From Tubiluchus corallicola (lineage: Eukaryota > Animalia > Priapulida), in NCBI GenBank assembly GCA_030141605.1, contig JAQGDQ010002366.1:814660-878659 (forward strand): a DNA stretch of 64,000 nt, in the 5' to 3' direction. How positions within the stretch are numbered: position 1 is the stretch's first letter; each line of letters begins with the position of its first letter. Of the stretch, positions 1-13,500 are shown in pieces. Position numbers and translations under genes: made by a program. Under the pieces are notes generated by a model that did not search any database, was not told where the DNA came from, and saw only the letters and a program-made list of their open reading frames with translations.

Positions 1-3000
1 CAGTTCAGCAATATATGAAAGCGACCAAACTCATATTAAATTTTAATATTCTTACATTGTACTGACTGGGTGTTTGTTCAATTTTGTCGGAACTGCGTAT
101 AACATAATTATGAGCTAATACAATTCCCAGGCTGATATTTTATAATTTACAATAGCACTCATGGCAGGTACGGTAATTTTTGAAAAATACTTGGAGAATG
201 TAGAGTATGCGCTTCTGTGTTTTTATGTACAATTGTACATCGAACGAAACCCAAAACTTAGCAAGCTAGCGTTTAAACAAACTGTAGTGCAGTGAGTGCA
301 TGGCCATAAAACTAAAAATAAGGTCAATTCGGTAAGACAAGCAGTAAACAGAAATGCACAGAGCACAAAGACTTGGGAACTGCTCAGCAGCACAAATTGC
401 TTAGTACTTGAACAATAATGTTGTGGGTTTGTATTAATTGGCGTCTGGGAAGTTCAATAAATTTGTGACCATGAAAATTATTAGTGGCTGGCAGGGAAGC
501 TCTTTCTAACTCCGCGTCAGCTGAAAATGAAGCACTGTCCCATTACAACAACCAAGGAAAAACAGTATGGATTCACAACCAAATGATAAGATTGTTCAAA
601 TTCAATTACCGTGGATCTAAGTATTTCATTTTCTTAATATGCACTGATTTCGTGCAGCACCCACAGTACCAGAAACTAAACTGGTACCACTCCGCAGTAG
701 TATTATGATCATCATAACCATGCAACGGGTCGAACGTTGTGTTAACTAAGGTTATAGGCCATCATTTATACATATATAATTATACAGATTAAGCACACGT
801 AAGACAAAAATTGATTTAATAATGAAAATGCATTTTACAGAATCTAGCCAAAACAATGACAACCTAAGTAATGCCGACATACAGCGACGATTAGTATAAT
901 CACAAAATTTGTTTGAATGGCGGCTTTGAGACCAGCTAACCTCTAAACAGCATTTAAAAATGCTTCAGTTCAGAAAGAGTGCAGTGCGCAATTCAAAGCG
1001 CTTTCATTTCCAAGTAAAGACAAGTGACTGTGAAATTGCGGGCACACGACAGTTTAACTCTTTAAAGCCGAACATTTCACCTCGAGTCTGAAAATTTGGT
1101 ACGGTCCCAAACCGATTAACATTCATTACTTCCACGCTAATCAGCAATGCATATATGACTCCTATGTGTAATTTAAACAAAGTCCAATCAATTATTTCTA
1201 CATTCACCGTTACATTTAACCATGCAACGTTTGCAAAGAGTTCATTTGTTGGACATTCAGCGCGCACCACGCAAGTCCCCATTCGATTCGAGCTTTTAAA
1301 ATTCGTATAAAAACTTGTATTGGAAATCAATGACTTTCGTGACGTCACAGCAATAAAATGAAGCCAATTCAGACGCTTGACAGTTTATAAAAGTAAAAGA
1401 AATAATCTGAACACCTGCAATTGAGTTCAATAAACATTTAGAGACGCATACAAGCACAAAACTGATGATTAACGCACACGCATAGCAAAAACCATTGCAA
1501 TACAAAGCCTCGAGGAATTGCGACTTTATAATATAATGCGAAGAATATGAATTTCCCTCTGCACACAATCACCGTAAAACATCTTAAATCTCGTGTTAAT
1601 TGACTCGATTTCCTCTAAGCACCTCTGCATGACGTCATCAAGCAATTGTCGCCATATTTCGTGTGCTAATCTACTAAATCTTCCCCTAGTGCACTCTGGA
1701 TGCTCTTAGAACTCAACAGCCGACCCGCGAAAACATTAATCGATGAATTGGTAGTTATGCAAGGAGCCAATGGTGCATTACCATGTCATTTGTTCTAATC
1801 TTGCCAAGAATTTTCCAACATATTAGTAGCGTCTTTGAAATCCATCCCAGTAACATAAACGCTACAGCAATTACAATTTTAAGGTAACAATCGGCGAGAG
1901 TGGTATTTGCCGAGTTTTATCATATAAAACTTGGCATGGTGCCAGCAGCAGTATGGCTTCTCACAAACTTGACGCTTTGCCAGCAGTGAAATCAATACGA
2001 TATTGCCATGTCTATAGTGATGTTGTACTCTATCACACAATACAGTGTTGCGCTGTTTCATTGACTACATGAAACGTACGCGTTTGAAATCGACACAATT
2101 TAGTAGGATAATGACTAATGAGAAATTGTTCATTATTTCAATTATTCGAATTATATACTGGATCAGAGGGACAAACAAGTTAGCCGATAGCATAAGATTA
2201 GTTGCATAAAACACATGTCAAAGAAATGGGAAAAAAGAAGCTAACTTAATTGTAAAAGGTAATTTCGTTTGCCAAAAGGGTTAGAATCTTTTTGCCCTTC
2301 TGAACATAATTTAATTTCAGCCGTTAAATAGCAAGACTGCTCAGCACTGTACTATACTCTATAGTTTAAAAACTTTATGGCTTCATCACATGTTTTCATT
2401 TAGTCATGTACGTTTTATCTTACCTGTCTGTAACAGTAACATATATGAAAAAAAATTTGGTAGTAATGAAAAATGTTTTGTTCTCAAAATACTTATGATC
2501 AAGTAATGTATGGGTGTGTTTTGTTTTCCATTGCATTTATAATTCCAATATAATGTCACATAAAATCATGCAATCTAATGTAAAATAGTACAGAACACAA
2601 CCTAAACCATTGTTAGCGTGGTACTACTGTAGCCTAACGTTATCAGTGCTTAACAATGTCTTCCCTTTGAGATCCGACGAATATGTCAGAGGACCATGTT
2701 AGGAAGCTAGAAACTCAGCTAATGTAATGAGCAGTGTGTGTATGTGTGCCTTGGAGCTACAGATAGACATGCGGGTTTTATTTTACTGCAAAATTTAATG
2801 TTCGTCTGGTCTATTAATCAAACAGCCTTGTAAGACCAGTCAGTCCCGGGTGGACAGAATAACCAGTCTGTATTCTGAAAAGAACACTCAATACGCTCAC
2901 AGCAGCAAACACTTGAGGACTGAATACTAAAACGTGTCGTTAACATTGTTGTTAACGCTTCAATGCCATTACTGCCTTAAATAAGAACAGACAAGCGATT

Positions 3001-4496
3001 TTATTTTGTGCTGCCAACTGCGGTTAAGACACATAGAATGAGTTATTGTTACGATTCAGTAATGCTGTTCGTGCTCATCAACTTTTCTAAGAACATATAA
3101 GATAATTAAAGTTAAGGTGACGTTAATTTCGAATGGCAATTTTCCCTGCTCACTGTGAATATTTGTACAACAAATGATATACATGGCCACAGGTAATTGC
3201 ATGAATAGTATAATAACGAGTTGTCAAAACAATATCTCATGTCAGCTGCCATAGAGAGATTTCGTTACCGAACACACAGCTCCAGCAAGTTTTCCAATTC
3301 GTAGCTCCCTCGTCTGAAAATTCGGGCAATAGATGAAGAAAAAAGAACGCGAACAGGTTATCTTGGATAAAATTTAAAGACACATATAAAGTCCTATATA
3401 AATGTAAATGACATTGACACTAGTCTTACGTCAAAAGTATCAAAACAAAAACTAATCTATCAGTTTTACGATTACCGCAACTAATCGAAAGCGAATTATG
3501 AAATGCCGCAGTGGTCAAGTGCATTACCTGTACATTAGCCACTAGCCAGCCTATCTAATGATCATTTACAAGCTGCTACTCTGACTAATATCAAAAGCTG
3601 ATGGCTTCGCGGAATGACACGTCCTGTGGAGCAGTAAGTAATCCAAATTTACGTTAGTGTAAATCTACATTATGAATACGGATGAACACAGCACATTTAG
3701 TAATCCTCTTTCCAAAGCCAGAAAAAAAGCAAAAGCCGCCCACAAAAAGTGAAAGTCTGGGTATAACACTGAAATGAAACTGCCAATTTTTAGACTGGAG
3801 TCACACTGACAAAAAAATGCACAAGCATTTGTGAAAAGTTCGCTACGATTGGCCTGTCATGCAACTTTTAAGCAAGTCATCACTCAGCTGCCGTATCTGG
3901 TCGTGAATTCACACACTTATTGTGAAAGAAATCTTCACTTCTAAAACATTTTCATCAGATTCTGACTAGCAAGAAGTATCTGAGAGAGGTTTAACCAAAG
4001 ATGTGAAGCTGAAGATGAATTTGTTTTGCTGCCTAATAGTATAAGCTTTTTTATCACCTTTCTTAGCTATCCGAGATACAAACTACCCATGTTGGCACTA
4101 CAGAGTATAGATTATAAGATAACACAAATTTTTTTCACATTCTGTGCATCTTGAACGCAATAAAAACTAGCAGTATATTTAGGCATGTAGGAAAACAAAC
4201 TGTTGACCAGCAAACTAGGTCATGTACAGCATGAGCAACAGGTAAAGTATGTACGCAACACAAAAAGCTCACTACATGTGTATTCAACAACACCTAAGCA
4301 GCTAGCTGTGGTTTTACTACAAGCTCTACCCACGGGCTTTTATAATTCCGTTCTTTTCTAGTTGAGCATTATGGTAGTTTAAGATGTTTTTAGCTAAAAC
4401 AAAAGCCTATGAGAAATCATTTTGAACATATGGCCTAGGTATTCAAATTCTCTAATGATCTTAAAAATACATTTGTGATAAAAATTTAACACTTGC

Positions 4497-4628
4497 CTTT
4501 GTTCCAATGCTGAGAACCATTGGTAGAAGTAACAAAGGTGTGACAATGAGAATGATTGTCTTTCTGTTCTCATACACCCACTTTAGAAACTTGCTCTTCT
4601 TCACCTTTGTCATTGTGGTTCCCTCCAT
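4497..4628 (-). CDS. First coding exon of an SLC13/INDY-family Na+-dicarboxylate/sulfate cotransporter (partial gene)
   Basis: Minus strand reads MEGTTMTKVKKSKFLKWVYENRKTIILIVTPLLLLPMVLSIGTK, matching the SLC13 N-terminal W..R..I....P.LLLP...K pattern. There is an in-frame TAA upstream of the ATG and an acceptor ttttttgttacag at 4759-4760. The exon ends in phase 0 at AAG|gcaagt. No exon 2 was found in 1-4496. Confidence 0.75.
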
Positions 4629-7600
4629 TTTCTGGCAGATCTGTTACTGACTAATGCTAGCTTTGCTACAGATCTACTGGAGGGCACCTTCAGAATTCAG
4701 CAGAATACCTTTTAACCTTCTACTTCAAAATCAGCCTTAGAGCTAACTCTCTTATTTTCTGTAACAAAAAACATAATTACAGACATGTTAATATATAATG
4801 AATTATATGTAAGCTTAGATATTAAATGTCCCGCTGATTTAAAATGTCCAAATTTCGCTGAAACACAATTGGAAACAACATAACCATAAAGCTAACAAAA
4901 CAAAAACTTCAGACACAACAAATGGACCGAGTTTTATCCTGCGCCGCATAGTCTGCATAGTCATGAACGTTTTCTTTTATTGCATGTATATAGTATTTTT
5001 ACTGAGATAAAGGAAGAGTTGAACCAAAATGAATTTATGAAGTTTTGCAGTATCTTTCTATCAAAAACATTTATATAAAAGGTGTAAGAAACATACAAAC
5101 TGGAGTTTCAAATACATTACCTAAGTTTACACAAATCTACAGCGCAATTACACGTACATTGTATAAATACATCACAGACAGCATATAGCTATTGCTTTTT
5201 GTACGGGTCTCTTTAACTGTCTTAGTAAATATAGCTCAAGCGTTGGCGCTGGTATAGTCACAAGACTGAAACCCCAAACGTCAGTGCACTAAATTCGTCC
5301 AAGGAAGCCATAAAAGCACAGTGCAAGGGCACCATGCCAAGAGCTTCACCTTCAAAATAAACATTGCAGCACTAGCGCCAAAACTACTGTATGCACGCCA
5401 AAATTACGCCTATAATATGCTTTTGTATGAAAGGCTTTTAGTAACATTCGTTTACAAGTCAAAGAAATCACGTCTTACTCAAAATTAATGTAACTTTTAA
5501 AAATTTTATGAATCTAACTGGCTTGTTCCACTAATAATACAAATGAATACATTTACATATGCTACTATAATTTATTATAATATAAAGAAACACCATAAAT
5601 AAACAGTAATGAATGAACCTGGCGGCTATAGTACACCTTAATACATAACGAGTACAATTTCATGGTTACACACGTTAAATTAAACTCTAGTTTGTAAAAG
5701 TATGTCATGTTCCAAACATGCTTTTCACCTACTGATTGGTAATTAAACTAACTTCTAGGTACAGTAAACTAAAACTGCAATGGGCTTAACTAGTTTTGTG
5801 CAAGCTTGAACACATTGTCTTGGCAAGCCCAGCAGCTGCCGTATTTCGCCAAAGTTTGGTGGTAACAATTTAAAATAAAAGGTATCATAAATCTGAGATA
5901 GACAGCATTCGTTTTCTTGTTTCGCTACTTTCATTTTACTAATCCAAACACTGGCAACGTAAAAAATTCTGTACTTATTTAGAATAATTAATCTGGTAAG
6001 TATGGTAAGTGGTAACGAAACTAGAAACCTATCTCACTGACACTATTACGCATTCATATAATACGTGCATCAGGTACAGAAGTCTTATTGCTAAGTTTAA
6101 CGTTTACAAGTATAATAAGTGAAGGAACTCTCATTTTATAAATAAACGCCACAAATAAACTATTGAGAAGACTACCTCTTCAGTTACATGTGACTAGCAC
6201 TACATTGTTTAATAAACCATTAGTTAATCAAAACTAAATTCAATTCACACGCCGTCAAAGTTAATTACTTTGAAAATATTTAATTGAAAGAGATCAATTA
6301 CTTTACAACGAAAATTTTATCTTGTTGACTAGATTCAACAAATTACAATTTCGGGAGACAAAAAATTAACACCATGTACATGTATAACTATAAGGATTAA
6401 ATTCAGCATTAAACCAGCAACGTTCACAAGTTAACTAAAAACACAAATGCTAACAGTAGCTACTGAGGTTCTAGAGTACTCCAACAATCAAAGGTACCGA
6501 AACAACTATGCGGTAAGCTGTATTAATTAAAAAAATACTGTCGAAGAAATTACTAAAAACACTGACAAAGACCTTTCGTTCACGTTCACTATCTGTTTAT
6601 CGTAAGCATCAGCAAGCTGCCGCGTCGCGCCAACGCACACACCCGCGTCACCAGTCTTGTGATTCGTCAAAATTGACACGCCTTTTTTGGCACTCTGCCA
6701 TGCTGCGCTTGAAGCGAAAACAGTCAGGCAAGCAGGCATGCGTGTAGCTGCTGATATATCAGATTTTTTTGTCTGGCAAGTTGCAACTCGTCAAGCTCAT
6801 TTGTTCAAGAAGGCAAGCCTCCACATTAAAATATGCCGGCCATTTGATTTCCATTAATTTTATTTTACGTGCTCAGACCAGAGATAATGTCATCTTCTTT
6901 TCGTGGTTCAACTGCTGCATGTGGTTTAAATAAACCATGGTAATAATTTTTCATTCAATTCTTTTCTACTGACAATGCCCTGATAAGAACATATCAGTCT
7001 TACGGGCCGGATTAAATTACTGCGGCGTTTGTAGCATATACAGGACCCTAAAAAAAATCCGGAGTTTTACTTCCTCGCCGTAGCAAGGAGAATCAAAGCC
7101 GATAGCTAACGAATGATAAATGATACGAAATGTGGCAGTCACAACTACGGATGTATTGCAAAGACAAGCTAAGAAATAAAACCTACCAACTTTAGTTATA
7201 ATTTATACCAATCATACATGTATCAAAAATCTGTACACATACAGTTTTCAAAAGCGTATCTATCTATAAGACGACAAAACCGACTTGAACTTTACTGCAA
7301 GATCATTTGTAAATGGAATAGAACCTACAAATTAAGTTATAGACATAATATGTAATATAAAGGTTATTATACAGTGACAAAGATATATATTTCTTTAAGA
7401 AATATCGCACCGATCATAAGCTCAGTTAGCAATCTTAGCATTTTTTATTTTTTACTGTTTATTTTATTTTCCAAAATGCCACAAAGGAATACATAAGAAC
7501 ATACATTGTAAATATAGGAAAGTATAAGAATATTGAAAATTTCAAACAGTTTTTTGCAATCATAGCTAAAATGTAGGCCTATTTCATAAAGCCACACATG

Positions 7601-8106
7601 CTAGAAGCACAGTGCCGTGTATGAAGCATTACAAGATAAGTAAAACTCTCGGTCTTGATCTAATGTTATATGAAAGACGAATAATTAAAGCAGCAGTTCC
7701 AGCCGAGTAAACACTGACGTTACTAGATCGCGAGTGCTAATTTCAACAGACGGCTTGCAGGCATTTAGGTGCACGATCCTCAAAAGCGGAAGTAATCATT
7801 AAATGCAGCAATATAAAAATAATCCAGTGGGAATTTTACACTATCAAAAACTATTGAGCTACCTCATCATTTAAAGTTATTGGTATAAGTTGTATAAAAT
7901 TTATCCTCCTCTCGTAAGAACTAGAGCAAAAAGTAATTATAGGGAAAAGTAAAACTGTGCACTGAAAAAGTAGTCGATTAAAATAAAAAACACATTTTAA
8001 CTACATGGTTTTTTGTAGTGAATTAAATTTTTAGTGTTTTATCAGGATTTAAAATGAATATAATGCTATTTCGGTTTTAATAAGATTTTTATAGTTTATT
8101 GTTTGT

Positions 8107-8177
8107 AGCGCCACCTACGAGCCATTATTACAATAGTTCAGTACAATGATACAGACACTCGAACCTAGAGGGCGCCA
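8107..8177. promoter_or_regulatory. Divergent pair of CTCF-like motifs in the probable SLC13/CCDC92 divergent promoter region
   Basis: tcgtaggtggcgct on minus (8107-8120) and acctagagggcgcca on plus (8163-8177) match the 3' part of the CCASYAGRKGGCRS consensus. A locally CpG-rich stretch follows, with a candidate donor gg|gtatgt at 8349. Confidence 0.45.
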
Positions 8178-9089
8178 GAGACAGAAAAATTTTCTCACGA
8201 CAGCAGTGGAGTGCGAGTATCGCTAGCAACAATAATAGCGTCCAAGCGAATTATGACTTTTTTGAGATTTGGAAAAAATAGGAATTGCTGCGCGTTGCTG
8301 TAGCTATCTGTTATGTGCATCCGAAATAAATTTAACTAAAACGAACGGGTATGTGGTAACAAGTTTTTAATAATTAAGAAATGATAGGCCTAGTAGTAGT
8401 ACACTGTCTGTTTTACTAAAATAAAAAAAGTAATGCTAGAAAACTAACGGTATAAAAAGGCGATTTTATAATATATACTCCCCATCCAATGCTCAGTGCT
8501 TTATTCGTCATTCAAACTTACAAAGACATGTTAGTTTTGTTGGCACATGCCTTTATGAAAAATTATACTTTTTATTGTAATACTAATAATCATTTTTTTA
8601 TTTTACCAACATATGATGTAATTACACTCGAAAAGATAAGCATTAATAATTGAATAGTTTACAGTGTCGAACCAATGCATCAAATATAACATACACATAC
8701 AATGGACGAAATTTTACTACATTCTGCCCCACCATATTTTATTCAGCCAAACGAATGAGTTTTTTTAATTTGAATTCCACTTGAACCTAAAATTATGAAT
8801 TTAAATAATTGACCACCGCAACTACATATGTTCTTTATCACTGAAGTGTTTGGAACAGCATGCAATCAGCATAATTTAGTGCGATTTCTGTGCACAATTT
8901 TTAAACAAATCATTGTTACTTTTACTGCAGAGCAAAATACACATGATCTTTGCAAGACTGCTTTTTATTTATGATTGGAAAATTTATTAGAAAGTTTTTA
9001 AAATTGAATTTGATTCGGATTCGAAATCTTGAAATTAGGTCTCAGTTGAGTTCGAAACCCGAAAATTCGATTTGAATGCGGTTTCTGAT

Positions 9090-9910
9090 AGGGAATGCAC
9101 ACCCTTGTAGTCCATTACTAACAAGACCTTTATCTATGTCTGTCAACCATTACGGTTTTTGGAGATTTAATTGTCATCGTGGTGACCAATTTAGGATTCT
9201 TACACATTCGAACTTTCTAATACTGCAACCTTCAACTTTGCCTCATCACATGACCTGCCTTAAATTGCCAAAGGCTCCACTCAGACTCTTGGTTGTGCTA
9301 CAGATGAACATTATTCGACTGGCATCATTCTTTGCTCTAATCTGGATGAACATATTGAAGAAGCACTCCTATGACTCGGATCTGCTTCTCATTTGACCGT
9401 CTTAGAGTTATGCCATTTCTGGGAGGTTCCCAGCCGTTTCATTGAACAGTCTCTTGCTGGTGATAAAACTGACTCAGATTCTTTTCATTCGATTCCTGCT
9501 GATGTATCCTGGAATCATATCTGCTCACTTGATACTTCCAAAAGCTACAGATGAGGTATCTCAGTTGTTTAAAATGGCACAGATAAATTCACACCATGTT
9601 TGGTTCTGTTAAACTCTCAGTCTTGGTTCACTCCATCTTGTGTTGCTGCTATTGTTCACAGACATTTACAAATTACTTTTTGGAATCTGACATGTTCTCT
9701 ATCTCATGGAGCTAAGAATAAGTGTAAAAAGTCTGTAGACTGCAAGCTTGGAATGTGCTGAATGTGCCTTAAGTTCAGTCATGGATCAACTGTTAGGCTT
9801 GAGAGATTTAAGTTAGACATCAACCACAATAAATCTGCTCTCCATACTTAATTTGATAAATGGACCAGAAGTTGTAGCTGTCTCAGTCGACAAAACTGAA
9901 CTGCTTGCCC
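9090..9910 (+). mobile_element. Degenerate CR1/L2-type LINE ORF2 fragment (endonuclease-RT linker)
   Basis: Broken frames include SWFTPSCVAAIVHR (about 9620-9660), resembling the PWF...AAI.HR linker of these LINEs. Stops and frameshifts are numerous. Confidence 0.5.
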
Positions 9911-10579
9911 AGGGTAGTAACCACAGTAACTCCAAATTAACAAGAACAGATTCAGATTTTTGTTTATTTTACTTTTAATACAAATTGAGTTAACAAATTA
10001 CATTTATCATCATTAAACAGGAATTTGAGAATTGTTTAAATCATGAGCTTTTTGATTACAAACTTGACTTAGATTAGACTCTGATTTTGGCCATATTGAC
10101 TCAGCATCAAGTTTAAAATTACAATACTGTTGCACAGAACATTAAATTAATTTGAACAAATTATAGCCACTCTGCACTGTACACGTGGTGATGTACTCCA
10201 ACATTTTTGGCAAATCCAACCGATAAGATTTACATTCAGTTAACTATTATATAAATTAGGCCATTTATGCTGGCAGACTCTATGTAGAATATTTATAGAT
10301 TGTAAAAAAGTTTTCAAACAGTGCCTACAGTGGTGTTAACCAAATTTACATGGTAAGTATTTGGCGACAAATAACTTGTTTGTCAGTGTTGTGAAATATG
10401 AAGCTATAATTTGAAGAGCATTGTTTTAACATGGTATCACGAAATTACTTAAATGACACTTCGGGACCATTCTGACCAGAAACCTTAATAAAATTTTATT
10501 TGTGAGTTGTCCTGGGAATCTTAGTCGACATCCAGTTTTGGGTTGTAAATTTCCTGATTTACCTTAATTTTCGACACAG

Positions 10580-13500
10580 ATGGACCTGCAAAATCGACTA
10601 ATCAGTGCAGAGAAGGCGATTTTGTTTATGCAACAAGAGCATGCACAGACTTTGAAAGGCCTTCATCTGGAAGTTGAGCATCTTCAGCGACGTTGTTCAG
10701 GTTAGTCAACATTTTTCTAGTCTCATGTCACAGCCATTACATTACGTTGACCACAACCTTCCATGTGGTAGTGCAACCATAATGTTTTTTAGTTCTCCAT
10801 TGTATATTTTTATTGCATTGTGTGATATTGTAGATATTATTTTAGATATGAACTTGATTGTATTGTAATTTAATTGTATTCTATTTTCTGAGGTACTGTA
10901 TCTTCAATATGAAATAAAGAGTTTATTTATTATTTACTTGACTAGCAACTATTACTTTCCCTTACTTTCAATATGAAATAAAGAGTTTATTTATTATTGA
11001 CTTGACTAGCAACTATTACTTTCCCTTACGTGGTTTTACACAACGGCAAGGTCATTTTATTTTATTTTCTTCTTTATTAATTATTCTGTTCAACTAGAAC
11101 AGGGGTGTCCAACCTTTTTGAACTGAGGGCCAAGTGTACAACCTTCAAAGTAGTCGCGGGCCAGATTAGCAATTTCACAACCACAAAAAGACAATGAAGC
11201 ACAAAATACATTTTATGTTACATTTAAGCTAGAAGAGACAGTCTTGTAAGTTTATGCTTTTGATCAGTTTAATGTGAAATCTGGCACTGCTTTTGTTTGC
11301 ACAAGTAGTCTATGTCTGCTCCAACAGTAGGAGTCGCAATGCGCAATGAAGCTGCCAAATGTTCGTCTGTAATTTTGACAAAATAAGAGAAACTTCGCGG
11401 GCCGGATAGAAACGCATGGCGGGCCTGATTCTGGCCCGCGGGCCGTATGTTGGACACTCCTGAACTAGAAGAATTAATTAACTGTTCTGTGAATTAGCTC
11501 AGTTTTTAAGAAAATGTTTGCTTTTTAATGTAACTTGAAAATTTCTATACATCGAAGATGCACAAATCCCTATTATATGATTTTTCAAAATTTCATTATA
11601 CATACTTTTTGATCTTTTATGTAGGTGATAGTAAATTATGTTATGTTATGTTATGCTTTGCTTTATAACTTAACCCAATATTTACTAAAGTTTTAAATTT
11701 CTCCTGGTATCTTACATCTTAGAAGCCTGTGTATAAATTTTATTTTATTTTGTTTCAACTTACACCTGATGAAGACAGTATTATCAATATATAGTGTTTA
11801 ATAAATCAGTATTTTCCAGGAAACTGCAGTGCTGAAACTGATGATGATATATCCTTTATTCTAATTCTATATCCAGCTACATGAATTTAGGTGATATTTT
11901 AATCTTTTATACTACAATAATGCTCTCTTCAATTTTTCTAGAACTAACGTTCAAGCTAGCTATGCACAATACTTCAGCTGATGTAGATGACAGTAAGTAC
12001 AAATGACAAGTTATTTGCTTCTTATTCATTTTCTTTTTAATTTAGAACCATTTAGTATTGAAGTGCCATTTTCAATGACTATTTAATGTCTTCAGTTATT
12101 CACATGAGTGAAATAGCCTTAAAATATAGTCAATTACTAATATGTAAAGTAGATGAAGCAACAAAATAGCCATGCTTGTGGTGAAATAGTTACTGAGTTA
12201 CTAAGGAGATACTTATTAATCTCAAACAAATAAACTGAATACTGAAACAAACAAAACTCTTCTTGAACTTAGAAACTTGCAGTAGTAGTAGATATATTTA
12301 TGATCGATATTTCAACGTTACATCTTTATCAAGAAGTCATAACTTGGCACTTAACGGTAAGGTTTTGGTGAATATGCGCTGGTAGCATTGCATTTTCAAT
12401 AGTTAAAATTTATTTTTTGGTGTTACTTGCATAAAGCTAGTCTGTTTTATTGATTATGATTTGGGCATCAGGCAAATATGTAAGTGCGAACATATTATAG
12501 TTGAAATGAATGAAACTTTTAGACAACTGGCTTCTCAATTGCCTCTGTTTAGTTGGTGAAAGTATATTTAATTAAACAAACTTGTTGATATTTTGTAAAG
12601 TGATCCTAGTGTGCTGTAATACTGACAAGTCAAGGTGAGATACCTGTTAAGAGTAAACTAAAGTGGCAAGTAATTTGCCAAACATCTCTGATAAGAAATT
12701 CTGTGCTCACTAATGCAACAGTTCTACGTGTTGGCATTGCTGAAAAATTATGTCATACTTTTGTTTGAGACAGCAACAAAAAATTCGGTAACATTAAATG
12801 AACTTGATTATTTTTTTATTGCTTTCCTTAAATAGTTAGGGAAAGGTGGTTTACTGACATTGCACACCTTTAATTTATATTTAGTTTCATCCGTAATTTT
12901 TTATTATTTTATCTTTCTGTGCAGCTGATGAAGAAAAAATAAAGAATTTTTTGAGATTTATGGGCATTTTAACTTTTTCCTTTAAGATTATGACCATGGC
13001 AAATCTCAGAAGAGCACTGTCTTATTTTCAAGCAAATTTTAGTCTAACTCCCTTAATCACTTTAAAGAAAAAGTAACCCCACTGTTCTACTTGCAAGATA
13101 ATTGCATAAGATATTAGAAGTACATACAGTGGAGTTAGCACGCAAAATACATTGGGACATTACATGCTAGGGACTAATAAAAGTTAGATGATTTTTTAGC
13201 ATAGACACAAACTACTGTTTGAAAGTTGTTTATACTTAACATACCTTTAACTAATACTTGAATCAACAATGTGTAGTAATCAACTGCAAACTTTTATTAC
13301 ATCAAGACTACTAGTAAATGCTTACAATTACTATTAAGTAGGTTACTTTTCTGGTATTGGATTTTAATTACATTTACATCTATGCTAAATTGGTAATCAT
13401 CCGTAATTGATTATTTGACCACAAATAATAAAAAAACTTGTTTAATTATTGCATTACTATGATTCTGCTTTAAGCCATTTATTTGCACTTATAAGTTTTG

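Noticed and set aside
1879-2061. Candidate SLC13 exon 2
   Set aside because: No frame inspected gives the expected CAY...MAxYWxTE motif; two frames contain stops and the open one is unrelated.
11762-11845. CTGATGA core suggesting a Penelope-type hammerhead ribozyme (also near 24616, 39822, 46192)
   Set aside because: No stem II closed by a correctly placed GAAA could be drawn; at most decayed retroelement tails.
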